Source: an uncultured Aliarcobacter sp. (lineage in GTDB: Bacteria > Campylobacterota > Campylobacteria > Campylobacterales > Arcobacteraceae). Taken from it: a DNA stretch of 64,000 bases. Both the position numbers and the translations under genes were made by a program. This document shows, piece by piece, positions 1-10,389 of this stretch (position 1 is the first letter of the stretch; every line of letters begins with the position of its first letter). The DNA lies in the NCBI GenBank assembly GCA_963664305.2, contig CAXXLV010000001.1, forward strand, positions 32,001-96,000. The letters run 5' to 3'. Below the pieces are notes generated by a model. That model was given only the letters and a program-made list of their open reading frames with translations. It did no database searches and had not been told where the DNA came from.

Positions 1-325
1 TGATTATAGTTGTATTTATTATTCCTAAAATTACTGCAACAAAAGTTGTCAAAATAAAATAAGGAAAGATATAAAATCCCAATTTCTTTAAAGTTTCTAT
101 ATTTTGAGCACTCATTATTCCTAAAATTATTGAGCTAACAACTAAAGGAATAACTATCATTTTTATAAGAGCTAAAAAGATATTTCCAATAAGTGCTATC
201 CAAGGAGCCAAAATAAAAGAAGTTTTTTCATCAACTATTGCAAATGCACTAGGAGATAAAAGTAATCCTAAGATTAAACCTAAAACCATTCCAAGAATTA
301 CTTTAAACCACAACTTTTTTAGCAT
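1..325 (-). CDS. Dicarboxylate/amino acid:cation symporter (DAACS/GltP family), 5' part; runs off window start
   Basis: Hand translation from ATG at 325: MLKKLWFKVILGMVLGLILG...GNIFLALIKMIVIPLVVSSII..., matching the DAACS 'F(L)xLIKMIVxPLV' motif. AGGAG RBS upstream. Confidence 0.85.
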   Translation of the reverse strand, partial: MLKKLWFKVILGMVLGLILGLLLSPSAFAIVDEKTSFILAPWIALIGNIFLALIKMIVIPLVVSSIILGIMSAQNIETLKKLGFYIFPYFILTTFVAVILGIINTTII

Positions 326-356
326 TTTTCTCCTTGGTATTTAATTTTTAATTATA

Positions 357-2327
357 TTAAAAACTTTCCCATTCTTCGTCACTTTTATTTGAAGAAACTA
401 CTACTTTTTTTTCAATCTTTTTTTCAATTTTAAAATCATCTTTTAAATCTAAAACTTTCGCTTTAACACTATCTTTTCCAATAAATTCTTTATCGTTTGC
501 ATTTTTTACAACTCTATTTGCAATAACTAATGTACTTTGAGCAACTTGTTTAGTTTGCATTGCTACATTTGCATTTTGTTGTGTTTGTTGGTCGAGTTCA
601 GCTACAGCACCATTTATTTGCTCAATTCCAGCAAGTTGTTCTTTTGAAGAATTTTCAACATCTTTAATTAAATCTATTGTTTTTAAAATAGATTCATTTA
701 AACCTTTATATCCAACTATCATATTATTTGCAATTTGTTTTCCATCATCTGCTTTTGATGTTGCAATTTCAACAATATGTTTGATTTGTTTTGCAGCTTC
801 AGCACTTCTTGATGCCAGATTTCTCACTTCTGCTGCAACAACTGCAAATCCACGTCCTGCTTCACCTGCAGTTGCAGCTTCAACTGCTGCATTTAATGAA
901 AGAATATTTGTTTGGAAAGCTATTTGATCAATAATAGAAATTGCATCAGTTATTGCATTCACTTGAGTATTTATCTCTTCCATTGCTAATGTTGTTTGAT
1001 TTGCTAACTTTTCACCTTGACTTGCTGAAGTTGTAACTTCATTTGCATAACTTGACATTTCAATAACTTTTTCATTATTGCTTGCAATATTTGAAGTTAT
1101 CTCTTCAAGAGCTGCTGCTGTTTCTTCTAAAGAAGCTGCTGCTTGAGTAGATGAAGAACTTAGAGTTTCAACATTTGACATTAAAATATTTGAACTATTT
1201 TGAAGTGTTAAACCATTTGATTTATTTTCAACTAACATATCACTTATTATATCAGCTAGTTTATTTAAACCTACCGTAACTTCACTATTACATCCTTTAA
1301 TTCTATGTGTAAAATCAAGTTTTGAATACTTTTCAAGAGCAAGTGAAATATCATTTATGTTTGTACAAACTTTAACTTGTAAGTTCAATAACATTTCATT
1401 GATTTCTTCTCTTAAATTTTCCAAATTTGCTGATTCTGTTTTATTTAAAAGTCTTTTATTTAAATAACCATGTTTTATATCTTCAACTATATTATGAACT
1501 TCTTTTAAGAATATGTTATCAGAGTCAATTATTGATTTTGTTTTAGAGATATTTACATTTATAACTTTTGACATTTTTCCAAATTCATCATTTGTTGAAT
1601 CATCTAAAGTTTTTACATTATTCGTTTCTTTATTTAAGTAAGCAAAAAAAGACAACAATCCATTTTGGAAATCTTCAATAGAAGATGAAATTCTTTTTAT
1701 TAAAATACCAAAAATAATTAGATTTAATCCAATAATTAAAAAACCTAAAACAACTAAATTCATTTGAGTAAAATCTATTGTACTTTCTATTTCTAAAGAT
1801 TTTTCACTATTTTCTTTAAAATTATTTGTTATCCAAACTTCTAATCTATCTGTTAATTTTTCAGCAAATGGGTCAAGTTCTTCCATGATTTTATTTCCTT
1901 CTTCAGGACCGTATTTTACGTAAGTATTTGCCATTTTTAGCCCTACTTCATAAAATTTATTAAAATCAATTTTAAACTCTTCTAAATCTTTACTCAACTC
2001 TTTTTTATCTTTATATTCAATTAACATTTTGTCTAATAATTCATTTGCTTTTGTCGAATAATCTTTTGCAATATTGAATCCATCATCAAATCCTTCTGCT
2101 CCTCTTGTAGCAGAAACATCAGTTAGCCATTGCTGAACTTGAATAACATCTTTTTGTAATTCTAAAAAGTTAAAAACTCTTGGTAAAATGTCATGTTCTT
2201 TCTCTTTTACCCTATTTTCTACAGAAGATAGTTGCAAAATATTTACAAATAAATTTACAACAGAAATAAATACTATTAAGACTCCCGATGAAATCAGTAT
2301 TTTCTTAATCGAATAATTTTTTAACAT
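357..2327 (-). CDS. Methyl-accepting chemotaxis protein (2 TM, helical periplasmic sensor)
   Basis: Signalling hairpin [37 protein letters not shown]; two TM segments; C-terminal EEWESF pentapeptide-like tail. Confidence 0.95.
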   Translation of the reverse strand: MLKNYSIKKILISSGVLIVFISVVNLFVNILQLSSVENRVKEKEHDILPRVFNFLELQKDVIQVQQWLTDVSATRGAEGFDDGFNIAKDYSTKANELLDKMLIEYKDKKELSKDLEEFKIDFNKFYEVGLKMANTYVKYGPEEGNKIMEELDPFAEKLTDRLEVWITNNFKENSEKSLEIESTIDFTQMNLVVLGFLIIGLNLIIFGILIKRISSSIEDFQNGLLSFFAYLNKETNNVKTLDDSTNDEFGKMSKVINVNISKTKSIIDSDNIFLKEVHNIVEDIKHGYLNKRLLNKTESANLENLREEINEMLLNLQVKVCTNINDISLALEKYSKLDFTHRIKGCNSEVTVGLNKLADIISDMLVENKSNGLTLQNSSNILMSNVETLSSSSTQAAASLEETAAALEEITSNIASNNEKVIEMSSYANEVTTSASQGEKLANQTTLAMEEINTQVNAITDAISIIDQIAFQTNILSLNAAVEAATAGEAGRGFAVVAAEVRNLASRSAEAAKQIKHIVEIATSKADDGKQIANNMIVGYKGLNESILKTIDLIKDVENSSKEQLAGIEQINGAVAELDQQTQQNANVAMQTKQVAQSTLVIANRVVKNANDKEFIGKDSVKAKVLDLKDDFKIEKKIEKKVVVSSNKSDEEWESF

Positions 2328-2384
2328 AAAAAACCTTTAAATCCAAATTTGGGGCGGAAGTCTATAATAATTTTTCTTAATATT

Positions 2385-3089
2385 TTATCTTGGATAAAAA
2401 CAATTATTTATATCTATTGTTATTCCATTTATATATTCTGGACAATCCGTTGCCAACCAAACAATAGCTTTTGCAACTTCTTCTGGTTGGGCAAATCTAT
2501 TTGTTACAACTGCTGCTTTAAATGCAGCTTTTCTAGCATCATCATTATCTTTTTGCATATCAGTTTCAGCAGCACTTGGAGCAACACAATTTACAGTAAT
2601 TCCATGAGGTCCTAAAAGTTTTCCATAGATTTTTGTAGCATTTATAAGTGCAGCTTTTGCCATACCATACCAAACATCTGGATGTCCTATTTGTCCTGCA
2701 ATTGATGCAGTATTTACAATTCTTCCATATTTTTGTTTTTTCATATGCTCAGAAAAAATATTCATTAATTCAACTGGAGTATATAAATCTACATTCATTA
2801 TATGATCACGTGCCTCTTTTGGATAGTTGTTATAAGTATATTTTGGTTGCATATATCCTGCATTGTTAATTAAAATATCAATATTTCCAACTGTATTTGC
2901 TAATTCTTTTAATCCATCAACATCTGATAAATCATATTCAATACAAGTAACATTTTCAACACCAACTAATGGACAAGTTTCAAAATCTCTTGCAACAATA
3001 ACTATTTCATATCCAAACTCTAACATAGCTCTTGAAACTGCTAATCCAATTCCTTTATTTCCACCTGTTATTAATACTTTTTTTGACAT
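2385..3089 (-). CDS. Short-chain dehydrogenase/reductase (FabG-like)
   Basis: TGGNKGIG, NNAG and YxxxK (YGMAK) motifs. Confidence 0.92.
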   Translation of the reverse strand: MSKKVLITGGNKGIGLAVSRAMLEFGYEIVIVARDFETCPLVGVENVTCIEYDLSDVDGLKELANTVGNIDILINNAGYMQPKYTYNNYPKEARDHIMNVDLYTPVELMNIFSEHMKKQKYGRIVNTASIAGQIGHPDVWYGMAKAALINATKIYGKLLGPHGITVNCVAPSAAETDMQKDNDDARKAAFKAAVVTNRFAQPEEVAKAIVWLATDCPEYINGITIDINNCFYPR

Positions 3090-3205
3090 TTTCTCTCCTT
3101 ATATTTTCTCGTAATTATAAAACCATTGATTTTAATCATTTTATTAAAATTTAAATTGTGTTAGAATAAAAAAGTTTTTAATTTTAAAAATATATCAGGA
3201 ATTTA

Positions 3206-5107
3206 ATGAATCAACAAAATGAACAATCGCTACTTAGTATAATCAAATATTCACCTCTAATTATTATTATCACAATATCAATCATACTTTCAAGTTTTAT
3301 TTATAAAGAAGAAAAATCATCTTTAGAAAGAGAACAACTTAAAATTCGAGCAGAATATATAAAAAGTCATAAAGAAAAAATAGAAAAAGAAGTTAATGGT
3401 TTATATGAATTTATTGTAAAAACTCAAAAAAGAACAGAAGAAAAATTAAAAGAAAATATCAAAAATAGAGTTTATGAAGCACATAGTATTGCTATGACAA
3501 TTTATAATGAAAATAAAGACAAAAAGTCAAAAGAAGAAATTATAAAAATGATAAAAGATGCTCTTGTTAATATTAGATTTAACAATCAAAGAGGTTATTT
3601 TTTCATCTATTCTTTTGATTATGAGTGTATTTTATTACCAATAAATAGAAAACTTGAAGGAACAAGTTTTTATAACTTTCAAGATGGAGATGGTAATTAT
3701 CTTACAAGAAATATAATTGAACAAGTAAAAAAAGAGAAAGAAGGTTTTTTAACTTGGTCATATCAAAAACCAAACGATAGTACAAAAACTTACAAAAAAA
3801 TTGGTTTTAATATCTATTTTGAGCCTTATGATTGGTTTATTGGAACTGGTGAATATTTTGTAGATTATGAAAATGATGTTAAACAATCAGTTTTAGAATA
3901 TCTTTCAACTATTGCACAAGATAAAAAAGATTACTTTTTTATTTTAGATTTCAATGAAAAAATACTATTTCATTTCAAAAAAGAGTTGATAAATAAAAAA
4001 GCAAAAGATATAAAAAATATTGATGTAAGTAAAACATTTGATGATATGGTAACTATTGCTAAACTGGGAGAAGGATTTCTTACATATAACTATCAAGATT
4101 TATCAAATGGTACTTTTATGACAAAAACCTCTTATATAAAAGGTTTAAACAATTGGCAATGGCTAATTGGAAAAGGTTTTTATCAAAATGATTTAGAAGA
4201 AATCATCCATAAAAAAATAGTTGATTTAGATAATGATTATAAAGAAGAGATGACAGATATTTTTTCAATTTTTCTTTTCTTCACTATTATTCTGATTTTT
4301 ATTTCAATCTATATTTCTAAACTTTTAGAGAAAAAATTTGATATCTATAAAAAAGAGATAAATAAATATATAAAAGAAAATAGTAGACAACAACAGATTT
4401 TAGCCCAACAATCAAAAATGGCTGCAATGGGAGAGATGCTTGGAAATATTGCACATCAATGGAGACAACCATTATCTGTCATTTCAACAGTTGCAACAGG
4501 AATGAGATTACAAAAAGAGTTTGGAAAATTAGATGATAAAAATTTTGAAGAAGCAATTGATTCTATAACAAATTCAACAACATACCTTTCACGAACAATT
4601 GATGATTTTAGAAACTTTTTTAGAACTGATAAAGATGAATCTTTTTTTATAATAAAAGACTCTTTTGAAAAAGTTTTAAAACTTACTGATTCTCAATTTA
4701 AAAATCATGATATTACTATTAAAAAATATATTGAAGATATTGAAATTCATGGTTTTGAAAATGAATTTATTCAAGTTTTAATAAACATTTTAAATAATTC
4801 AAAAGATGCACTCTTAAATAAAGATTATCAAAGATATATAATAATTAGTGCTAAAAAAGAGAATAATATGTGTATTATCAAAATTACTGATAATGGTGGA
4901 GGAATAAAAGATAAAATTTTAGACAAGATTTTTGAGCCATATTTTACAACTAAACATCAATCATCTGGTACAGGAATTGGACTTTATATGACCAAAGAGA
5001 TAATTGAAAAACATATGAGTGGAACTGTAAATATAAATAATGTAAAAATTTCTCCAAATGAATTTGAATATTCGGGTACAGAGGTAGTTATAAAACTAAA
5101 AATTTAA
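3206..5107 (+). CDS. Cache-domain sensor histidine kinase (paralog 1)
   Basis: Two TMs flanking tandem Cache-like domains (WFIGTGEY, WLIGKGFY); H-box IAHQWRQPL; N, G1 (DNGGG), F (FEPYFTTK) and G2 (GTGIGL) boxes. Confidence 0.93.
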   Translation: MNQQNEQSLLSIIKYSPLIIIITISIILSSFIYKEEKSSLEREQLKIRAEYIKSHKEKIEKEVNGLYEFIVKTQKRTEEKLKENIKNRVYEAHSIAMTIYNENKDKKSKEEIIKMIKDALVNIRFNNQRGYFFIYSFDYECILLPINRKLEGTSFYNFQDGDGNYLTRNIIEQVKKEKEGFLTWSYQKPNDSTKTYKKIGFNIYFEPYDWFIGTGEYFVDYENDVKQSVLEYLSTIAQDKKDYFFILDFNEKILFHFKKELINKKAKDIKNIDVSKTFDDMVTIAKLGEGFLTYNYQDLSNGTFMTKTSYIKGLNNWQWLIGKGFYQNDLEEIIHKKIVDLDNDYKEEMTDIFSIFLFFTIILIFISIYISKLLEKKFDIYKKEINKYIKENSRQQQILAQQSKMAAMGEMLGNIAHQWRQPLSVISTVATGMRLQKEFGKLDDKNFEEAIDSITNSTTYLSRTIDDFRNFFRTDKDESFFIIKDSFEKVLKLTDSQFKNHDITIKKYIEDIEIHGFENEFIQVLINILNNSKDALLNKDYQRYIIISAKKENNMCIIKITDNGGGIKDKILDKIFEPYFTTKHQSSGTGIGLYMTKEIIEKHMSGTVNINNVKISPNEFEYSGTEVVIKLKI

Positions 5108-5184
5108 TTACAATTAAATTTATTTAATCATCTTATTAGAACTTGATTTATGTTAAAATTTGGCAAATGTGAAATAGGAAATAA

Positions 5185-7074
5185 ATGACTTATAAAAATG
5201 AAAAATATCTTATAAATATAATAAAGTATACGCCTTTAATATTTATCATCTCTCTTTCTTTAATCATTACTCTTTTTTTATACTTTGAAAAACAAAAAGA
5301 ATTGGAAATTGAGAAAAAATCAATAGAAAAAGAATTTATAGAAAAAAATAAAGAACTTGTAAAAAATGAAGTTGAAAATCTTTATGACCAAATCATAAGA
5401 ACTCAATCCAAAACTGAAAATAAATTAAAAAATAGTATTAGAGAAAGAGTTATAGAAGCAAATAATATAGCACTTAGAATTTATAATGAAAATAAAGATA
5501 CTAAATCAAAAGAAGAAATTACAAAAATGATAAAAGATGCATTAGTTGATATTAGATTCAACAATGGTCGAGGTTATATTTTTATTTATACTTTTGATTA
5601 TGAGTGCATTTTACTTCCTATAAATAGAGCTAATGAAGGACAAAGTGTATATGATTTTCAAGATTCAAATGGTTTTTATTTAGGTAGAGAAATTGTAAAA
5701 AGTTTACAAAATAAAGATGAAGCTTTTTTAACATGGTATTATCCAAAACCTGATAATTTAGACAAAAAAGACCTGAAAAAAATTGGTTTTAATATCCATT
5801 TCAAACCTTATAACTGGTTTATTGGAAGTGGAGAATATGTAGAAGATTTTGAAGAAAACATGAAAAAAGATGTTTTAGAACACATTTCAAATTTAAGAGC
5901 AAATAAAAATGATTATTTTTTTATCTTAAATTATAAAGATAAAACTGTCTTTCAAAAAATTGATGATTTAGTTGATAGAAGTTTTCAAAAATTTGATAAT
6001 AAAGATGAATATTTATTATTTGATGAGATTTGGGATTTATCAAAAAATGGTGGTGGATTTATCACATATGATTATAAAACTTTAAATGAAAATATTTCTT
6101 TAACAAAAACAAGTTATGTAAAAGCATTATTTAGTTGGAATTGGATTATTGGAAAAGGTTTTTTCCATAATCATATAAATAGTATCATTGAAGAAAAAAG
6201 TTTTGAATTAAACAAAAAGTTTAATGAAAAAATAAAAAATATTCTATCAATTAGTGTAATTTTAACAATTTTATTATTGATTATCTCAATTTATATTTCA
6301 CGAAAATTAGAAAAAAAGTTTTTAGACTACAAAATAGAATTAAAAAAACAACAACATATCCTTGCTCAACAAGCAAAAATGGCAGCAATGGGAGAAATGC
6401 TTGGAAATATTGCCCATCAATGGAGACAACCATTATCAGTTATTACAACTGTAGCAACTGGTATGAAACTTCAAAAAGAGTTTGAAAATCTTGATGATAA
6501 AACTTTTGATGAAGCAATAGACAATATAACTAATTCAGCTAAGTATTTATCAAAAACTATTGATGATTTTAGAAACTTTTTTAAATCAGATAAAAACGAA
6601 ACCTATTTTAGTGTAAAAGAATCTTTTGAAAAAGTATTTAAACTAATAGATGTACAGTTTAAAAATCATGAAATTATTTTCATAAAAGATATAAATGATT
6701 TCCAAATTTATGGTTTTGAAAATGAATTTATTCAAGTGTTAATAAATATTTTAAATAATGCAAAAGATGCTCTCTTAGATAAAGAAAATCCAAAACTTAT
6801 TTTTATAACTACAAAAAATGATAAAAATAATCTAATCATAACTATAAAAGACAATGGTGGAGGAATTGAAAATGATATTTTAGACAAAATATGTGAACCA
6901 TATTTTACAACTAAACATCAATCAACAGGTACAGGTATTGGACTTTACATGACTGAAGAGATTGTCGAAAAACATATGAATGGGAGTTTAGATATACATA
7001 ATTCTACATTTATTTACAATAACATTGCATATACGGGAGTTGAAGTTACGATTTTATTAAATCAAGAGAATTGA
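5185..7074 (+). CDS. Cache-domain sensor histidine kinase (paralog 2)
   Basis: Same architecture and motifs as 3206..5107, with long identical peptide blocks. Confidence 0.93.
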   Translation: MTYKNEKYLINIIKYTPLIFIISLSLIITLFLYFEKQKELEIEKKSIEKEFIEKNKELVKNEVENLYDQIIRTQSKTENKLKNSIRERVIEANNIALRIYNENKDTKSKEEITKMIKDALVDIRFNNGRGYIFIYTFDYECILLPINRANEGQSVYDFQDSNGFYLGREIVKSLQNKDEAFLTWYYPKPDNLDKKDLKKIGFNIHFKPYNWFIGSGEYVEDFEENMKKDVLEHISNLRANKNDYFFILNYKDKTVFQKIDDLVDRSFQKFDNKDEYLLFDEIWDLSKNGGGFITYDYKTLNENISLTKTSYVKALFSWNWIIGKGFFHNHINSIIEEKSFELNKKFNEKIKNILSISVILTILLLIISIYISRKLEKKFLDYKIELKKQQHILAQQAKMAAMGEMLGNIAHQWRQPLSVITTVATGMKLQKEFENLDDKTFDEAIDNITNSAKYLSKTIDDFRNFFKSDKNETYFSVKESFEKVFKLIDVQFKNHEIIFIKDINDFQIYGFENEFIQVLINILNNAKDALLDKENPKLIFITTKNDKNNLIITIKDNGGGIENDILDKICEPYFTTKHQSTGTGIGLYMTEEIVEKHMNGSLDIHNSTFIYNNIAYTGVEVTILLNQEN

Positions 7075-7076
7075 GT

Positions 7077-7337
7077 TTAACCATTAATTAAACTCATAAC
7101 TCTTTTTCTTTCATCAATTTTACAATTTGTTATATCTTTTTTAGTTTTTGAATTAATTATACAAGTTAGAGTTTTATCTAACAAATTAGTTCTATCTTCC
7201 AATTTATCATTTTTTGATGCTTCTATTCTTTTTATATATTCAAAAATCAGATTCTCTTTCTCTTTTTCTAATTCATGAATATTTTCATTTGCATATAAAT
7301 CAAAAATAATAAAAAATGGTATTAATTTATTCTTCAA
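7077..7337 (-). CDS. Small, probably exported hypothetical protein with a Cys pair
   Basis: The ORF track gives 7077..7364. TTG at 7337 is the more plausible start: AAGGG RBS, a TG-TATGAT-like -10 near 7362-7369, and signal-like MKNKLIPFFIIFDLYA. Confidence 0.6.
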   Translation of the reverse strand: MKNKLIPFFIIFDLYANENIHELEKEKENLIFEYIKRIEASKNDKLEDRTNLLDKTLTCIINSKTKKDITNCKIDERKRVMSLING

Positions 7338-7410
7338 AGAAGCCCTTTTCTTGAATAATATCATACATAAATATAATAAATCATTAAGAAAAATAACTTC
7401 TTTTTTTAAT

Positions 7411-8532
7411 CTATTTTTCTAATAGATATTCGTATTTTTTATCAGTTAATAATTTCATAAAAGCAACTAATGCTTCAATTTTTCTATCATTTAAAGCATT
7501 TGCTTTTAATTCTTTTAATGAAATAGTATCTTTAACCTCAGCATCATCCCAAACTTTTCCAGTTTCTGGATTTATAGTTCTATCTTTATTGTTGTATTTA
7601 TCATAAAATTCAACAACAGTTTTTAAATCTTTAAATACACCATTATGCATATAAGGAGCAGTTACAGCTACATTTCTTAGCGTTGGAACTTTATGTTTTC
7701 CTTTTTGATTTATATCTGTTACATTTGGATTTGCTAACAAACCTTCATCGATAGCTTTTACACCATTTTTAGCTCTTAACTCTTTATTTTCTGGTGTTCC
7801 GATATTATGATATTCATAATTTGTAAAAGTTTCTCCCTCTTTATCTTCACCTTTTAATACATGGCAATTTGCGCATGAGTTATTATTGTTTGAGAAAAAT
7901 ATTGATTTTCCTAAATCTTCAAGTGGAGTTAAATCATATTCACCTTTTAAATATCTATCATATTTTGAATCAAATGGAGAAAATTCTTCTGTTCTTTCAA
8001 AACTTGCAATTGCAACAGTCATCGCATCATAAGCTTTATTTTCATCTTTGAAAATATCTTCACCAAAAATATTTTTAAATGATTTTACATATAAATTGTT
8101 TTCTTTAATTCTTTCAACAACTTCTTTTTTACTTGCCATTCCCATTTCAATTGGATTAAGTGGAGGTCCACCAGCTTGTTCTTCTAAAGTTGCTGCTCTT
8201 CCATCCCAAAACTGTCCACCAACATATTTTTGTTTTTTCTCATCAAAATGAAATTTTGGAGAAAATTTTGCATAAGATGCAGTTGGAGCTTCTCTATCAC
8301 CTAAAGATTTTCCATCATCACCAAGTGAAGCCATTTTTGAAATACCATTTTCCCTATCATCAACAAATCCTGCGTTTGGATTATGACATGTTGAACAGCT
8401 TTGTGTTTTATTATGCGATAAATTCACATCAAAATATAAAGATTGACCTAAAGCCTCTTTTGATAAAACATCACTAGCATTTAGACTTGAAAAAGCTAAA
8501 AGCACCGAAATTAATAAATTTGATTTTTTCAC
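7411..8532 (-). CDS. Periplasmic di-heme cytochrome c peroxidase / MauG-family protein
   Basis: Signal peptide; two CxxCH (CSTCH, CANCH); FWDGRA; KVPTLRNVAVTAPYMHNG. GTG start overlaps the upstream TAG. Confidence 0.92.
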   Translation of the reverse strand: MKKSNLLISVLLAFSSLNASDVLSKEALGQSLYFDVNLSHNKTQSCSTCHNPNAGFVDDRENGISKMASLGDDGKSLGDREAPTASYAKFSPKFHFDEKKQKYVGGQFWDGRAATLEEQAGGPPLNPIEMGMASKKEVVERIKENNLYVKSFKNIFGEDIFKDENKAYDAMTVAIASFERTEEFSPFDSKYDRYLKGEYDLTPLEDLGKSIFFSNNNNSCANCHVLKGEDKEGETFTNYEYHNIGTPENKELRAKNGVKAIDEGLLANPNVTDINQKGKHKVPTLRNVAVTAPYMHNGVFKDLKTVVEFYDKYNNKDRTINPETGKVWDDAEVKDTISLKELKANALNDRKIEALVAFMKLLTDKKYEYLLEK

Positions 8533-9437
8533 TAAATCCCCCTTTTTTTTAGTAAATTTGAAAATGGTCTTAAAATTAAATCTTTTAAAGATATATAATC
8601 ATTCATTTGTTCACGTCTTAAACCAAATTTTAAAACTCTCACATCTTTTGACAAAAATAAAGAACCAAAAATTCTGTCCCATATAGCAATATAACCACCA
8701 TAATTTTTATTAAAATGCTTTTTATCATGATGGATTTGATGCTGTTTTGGAGAAAATAACCACTTCTCTAAAACAGCTCCATATGAAAATGGCACATGTG
8801 AATGTCTTAAATTTGAACCAAATATAGAGAATATAAATAAAAATATATTAACTCCAAAAACCATATAAATATCTATTTTTGCTCCAAATAGATAAATAAA
8901 AACTCCTGTAACAACACCTACACTTAAAGAGTATCGAAGTCCAAAAAGAAAATTTTCAACGGGATGAACTCTATAAAATGTTACTGGTGTTAAAACCTTT
9001 GCACTATGATGTACTTTGTGAAATTCCCAAAGAACTGGAATAGTATGTAAAAATCTATGTAACCAATATCTTGTAAAATCACTAACAATAAAAACACTAA
9101 GTGTGTACATCAAAACGATTTGTTTATATGAAAAGAACTCATTTTCATAATAATCAAAATATAAATACAACTCTTTATTTACAAATAAAGCTACACTTTT
9201 TGCACTCATTATAAAAGGTATTAACAACATCATATTTATAAAATATGATAAAAAAATATAGTAATAATCAAGTTTTGCACTTGGATGTAACCACAACTTT
9301 GAAGAAGTGATTACCCTACTATTTTTTTTAGTCACATAAAAATAGATAATTGCTAAAAATATTGAACTTAAAATATAAAGCCAATATAGTCTTTTACTTG
9401 GATTTGTTAAATAATCAAGTGCAAGAAGTTCATCCAT
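8532..9437 (-). CDS. Sterol desaturase / fatty-acid hydroxylase superfamily membrane di-iron protein
   Basis: His boxes HRFLH, HKVHH, HSH, HQIHH; NYG..WDRIFGS; several TM segments. Confidence 0.9.
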   Translation of the reverse strand: MDELLALDYLTNPSKRLYWLYILSSIFLAIIYFYVTKKNSRVITSSKLWLHPSAKLDYYYIFLSYFINMMLLIPFIMSAKSVALFVNKELYLYFDYYENEFFSYKQIVLMYTLSVFIVSDFTRYWLHRFLHTIPVLWEFHKVHHSAKVLTPVTFYRVHPVENFLFGLRYSLSVGVVTGVFIYLFGAKIDIYMVFGVNIFLFIFSIFGSNLRHSHVPFSYGAVLEKWLFSPKQHQIHHDKKHFNKNYGGYIAIWDRIFGSLFLSKDVRVLKFGLRREQMNDYISLKDLILRPFSNLLKKRGI

Positions 9438-9441
9438 CTAA

Positions 9442-10389
9442 TCAATCTCCATCCGCATCTAAAACATTAGCTGTAAGTCCTAGTTTTACAATCAATGATA
9501 AATAATATGCATTGTGTAATTCTCTTAAACTAGTAAATAAATCTTTTGCATCTGAAAAATCATCTTTTTTCAATTTCATTAAATTTGCTTTTGCTTCATT
9601 TATTTTTAAAAGTGCAACTTCTAACTCTTTTTGTGCATCTAATTTTTTAGAAACATCTGCAAATCCATAATAATCTTTCTTCTCTAAGATTTCTCTATGT
9701 GCATCTAAAATTGCATCAATTGCTGCAAACGAATTTTGACTTAAGAAATATTCAGCTCTGTCATTTTTTGGGTCATTTTTGAATTTTGAAGATAACCCAC
9801 CAGCATTTCCAACTCTCCACTCTTTTAATCTATATGAACTTGCAATTAAAGTATTAATGATAATTGCATTTTCAAGTTTTTCATCTTTTGGTTTTGATGT
9901 TAAATACTCTTCATATGCACCTTTTATATCTTCTAAATGAGAAATTAAAGAATCCAAAATAACTTTTGCCAACTCTTTTTCTCTTTGTGTTACCTCTTTA
10001 TCATTGTATAAAACATACTCTAATGCATTTACAGTTTTAAAAGAGTTTTTAAATAAAGCTTTTTTTGGCTCATCTTTTCCTTCAATAACCCTTTGTATTT
10101 GAGAATTTAAATCCTCTTTTAGGTTATTAAAAACATCCATAAATCTTGGTGTATCTAAATAAGTATCATCTAATTCTCCAGCAAAATAAATTGCTTCAAC
10201 TTTTTTCCAAGATTTGATAAAATTCGTAAAATTTTTATCATTTATATCTTCTTTTAAAGTTTTAGCATCTTTTATTGCTACTTCTACATTTGGAATAGAT
10301 ACATTTTTAACTATATTTAAAAGTGCTCTATCTTGTGCAAATATCATTGATGTACAGAAAAACATCAAAAATAAAATCTTTTTTATCAT
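9442..10389 (-). CDS. Imelysin-family (peptidase M75-like) periplasmic protein, second copy
   Basis: Signal peptide, helical character, 'ALEYVLY' motif and ADGD C-terminus typical of the second imelysin in such clusters. Lacks the GxHxxE His. Confidence 0.8.
   Translation of the reverse strand: MIKKILFLMFFCTSMIFAQDRALLNIVKNVSIPNVEVAIKDAKTLKEDINDKNFTNFIKSWKKVEAIYFAGELDDTYLDTPRFMDVFNNLKEDLNSQIQRVIEGKDEPKKALFKNSFKTVNALEYVLYNDKEVTQREKELAKVILDSLISHLEDIKGAYEEYLTSKPKDEKLENAIIINTLIASSYRLKEWRVGNAGGLSSKFKNDPKNDRAEYFLSQNSFAAIDAILDAHREILEKKDYYGFADVSKKLDAQKELEVALLKINEAKANLMKLKKDDFSDAKDLFTSLRELHNAYYLSLIVKLGLTANVLDADGD

Noticed and set aside
8538..8550. C5T8 homopolymer as a phase-variation tract
   Set aside because: Too short for a Campylobacter-type poly-G/C tract. 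It encodes the last residues of the desaturase gene and serves as the RBS of the next gene.
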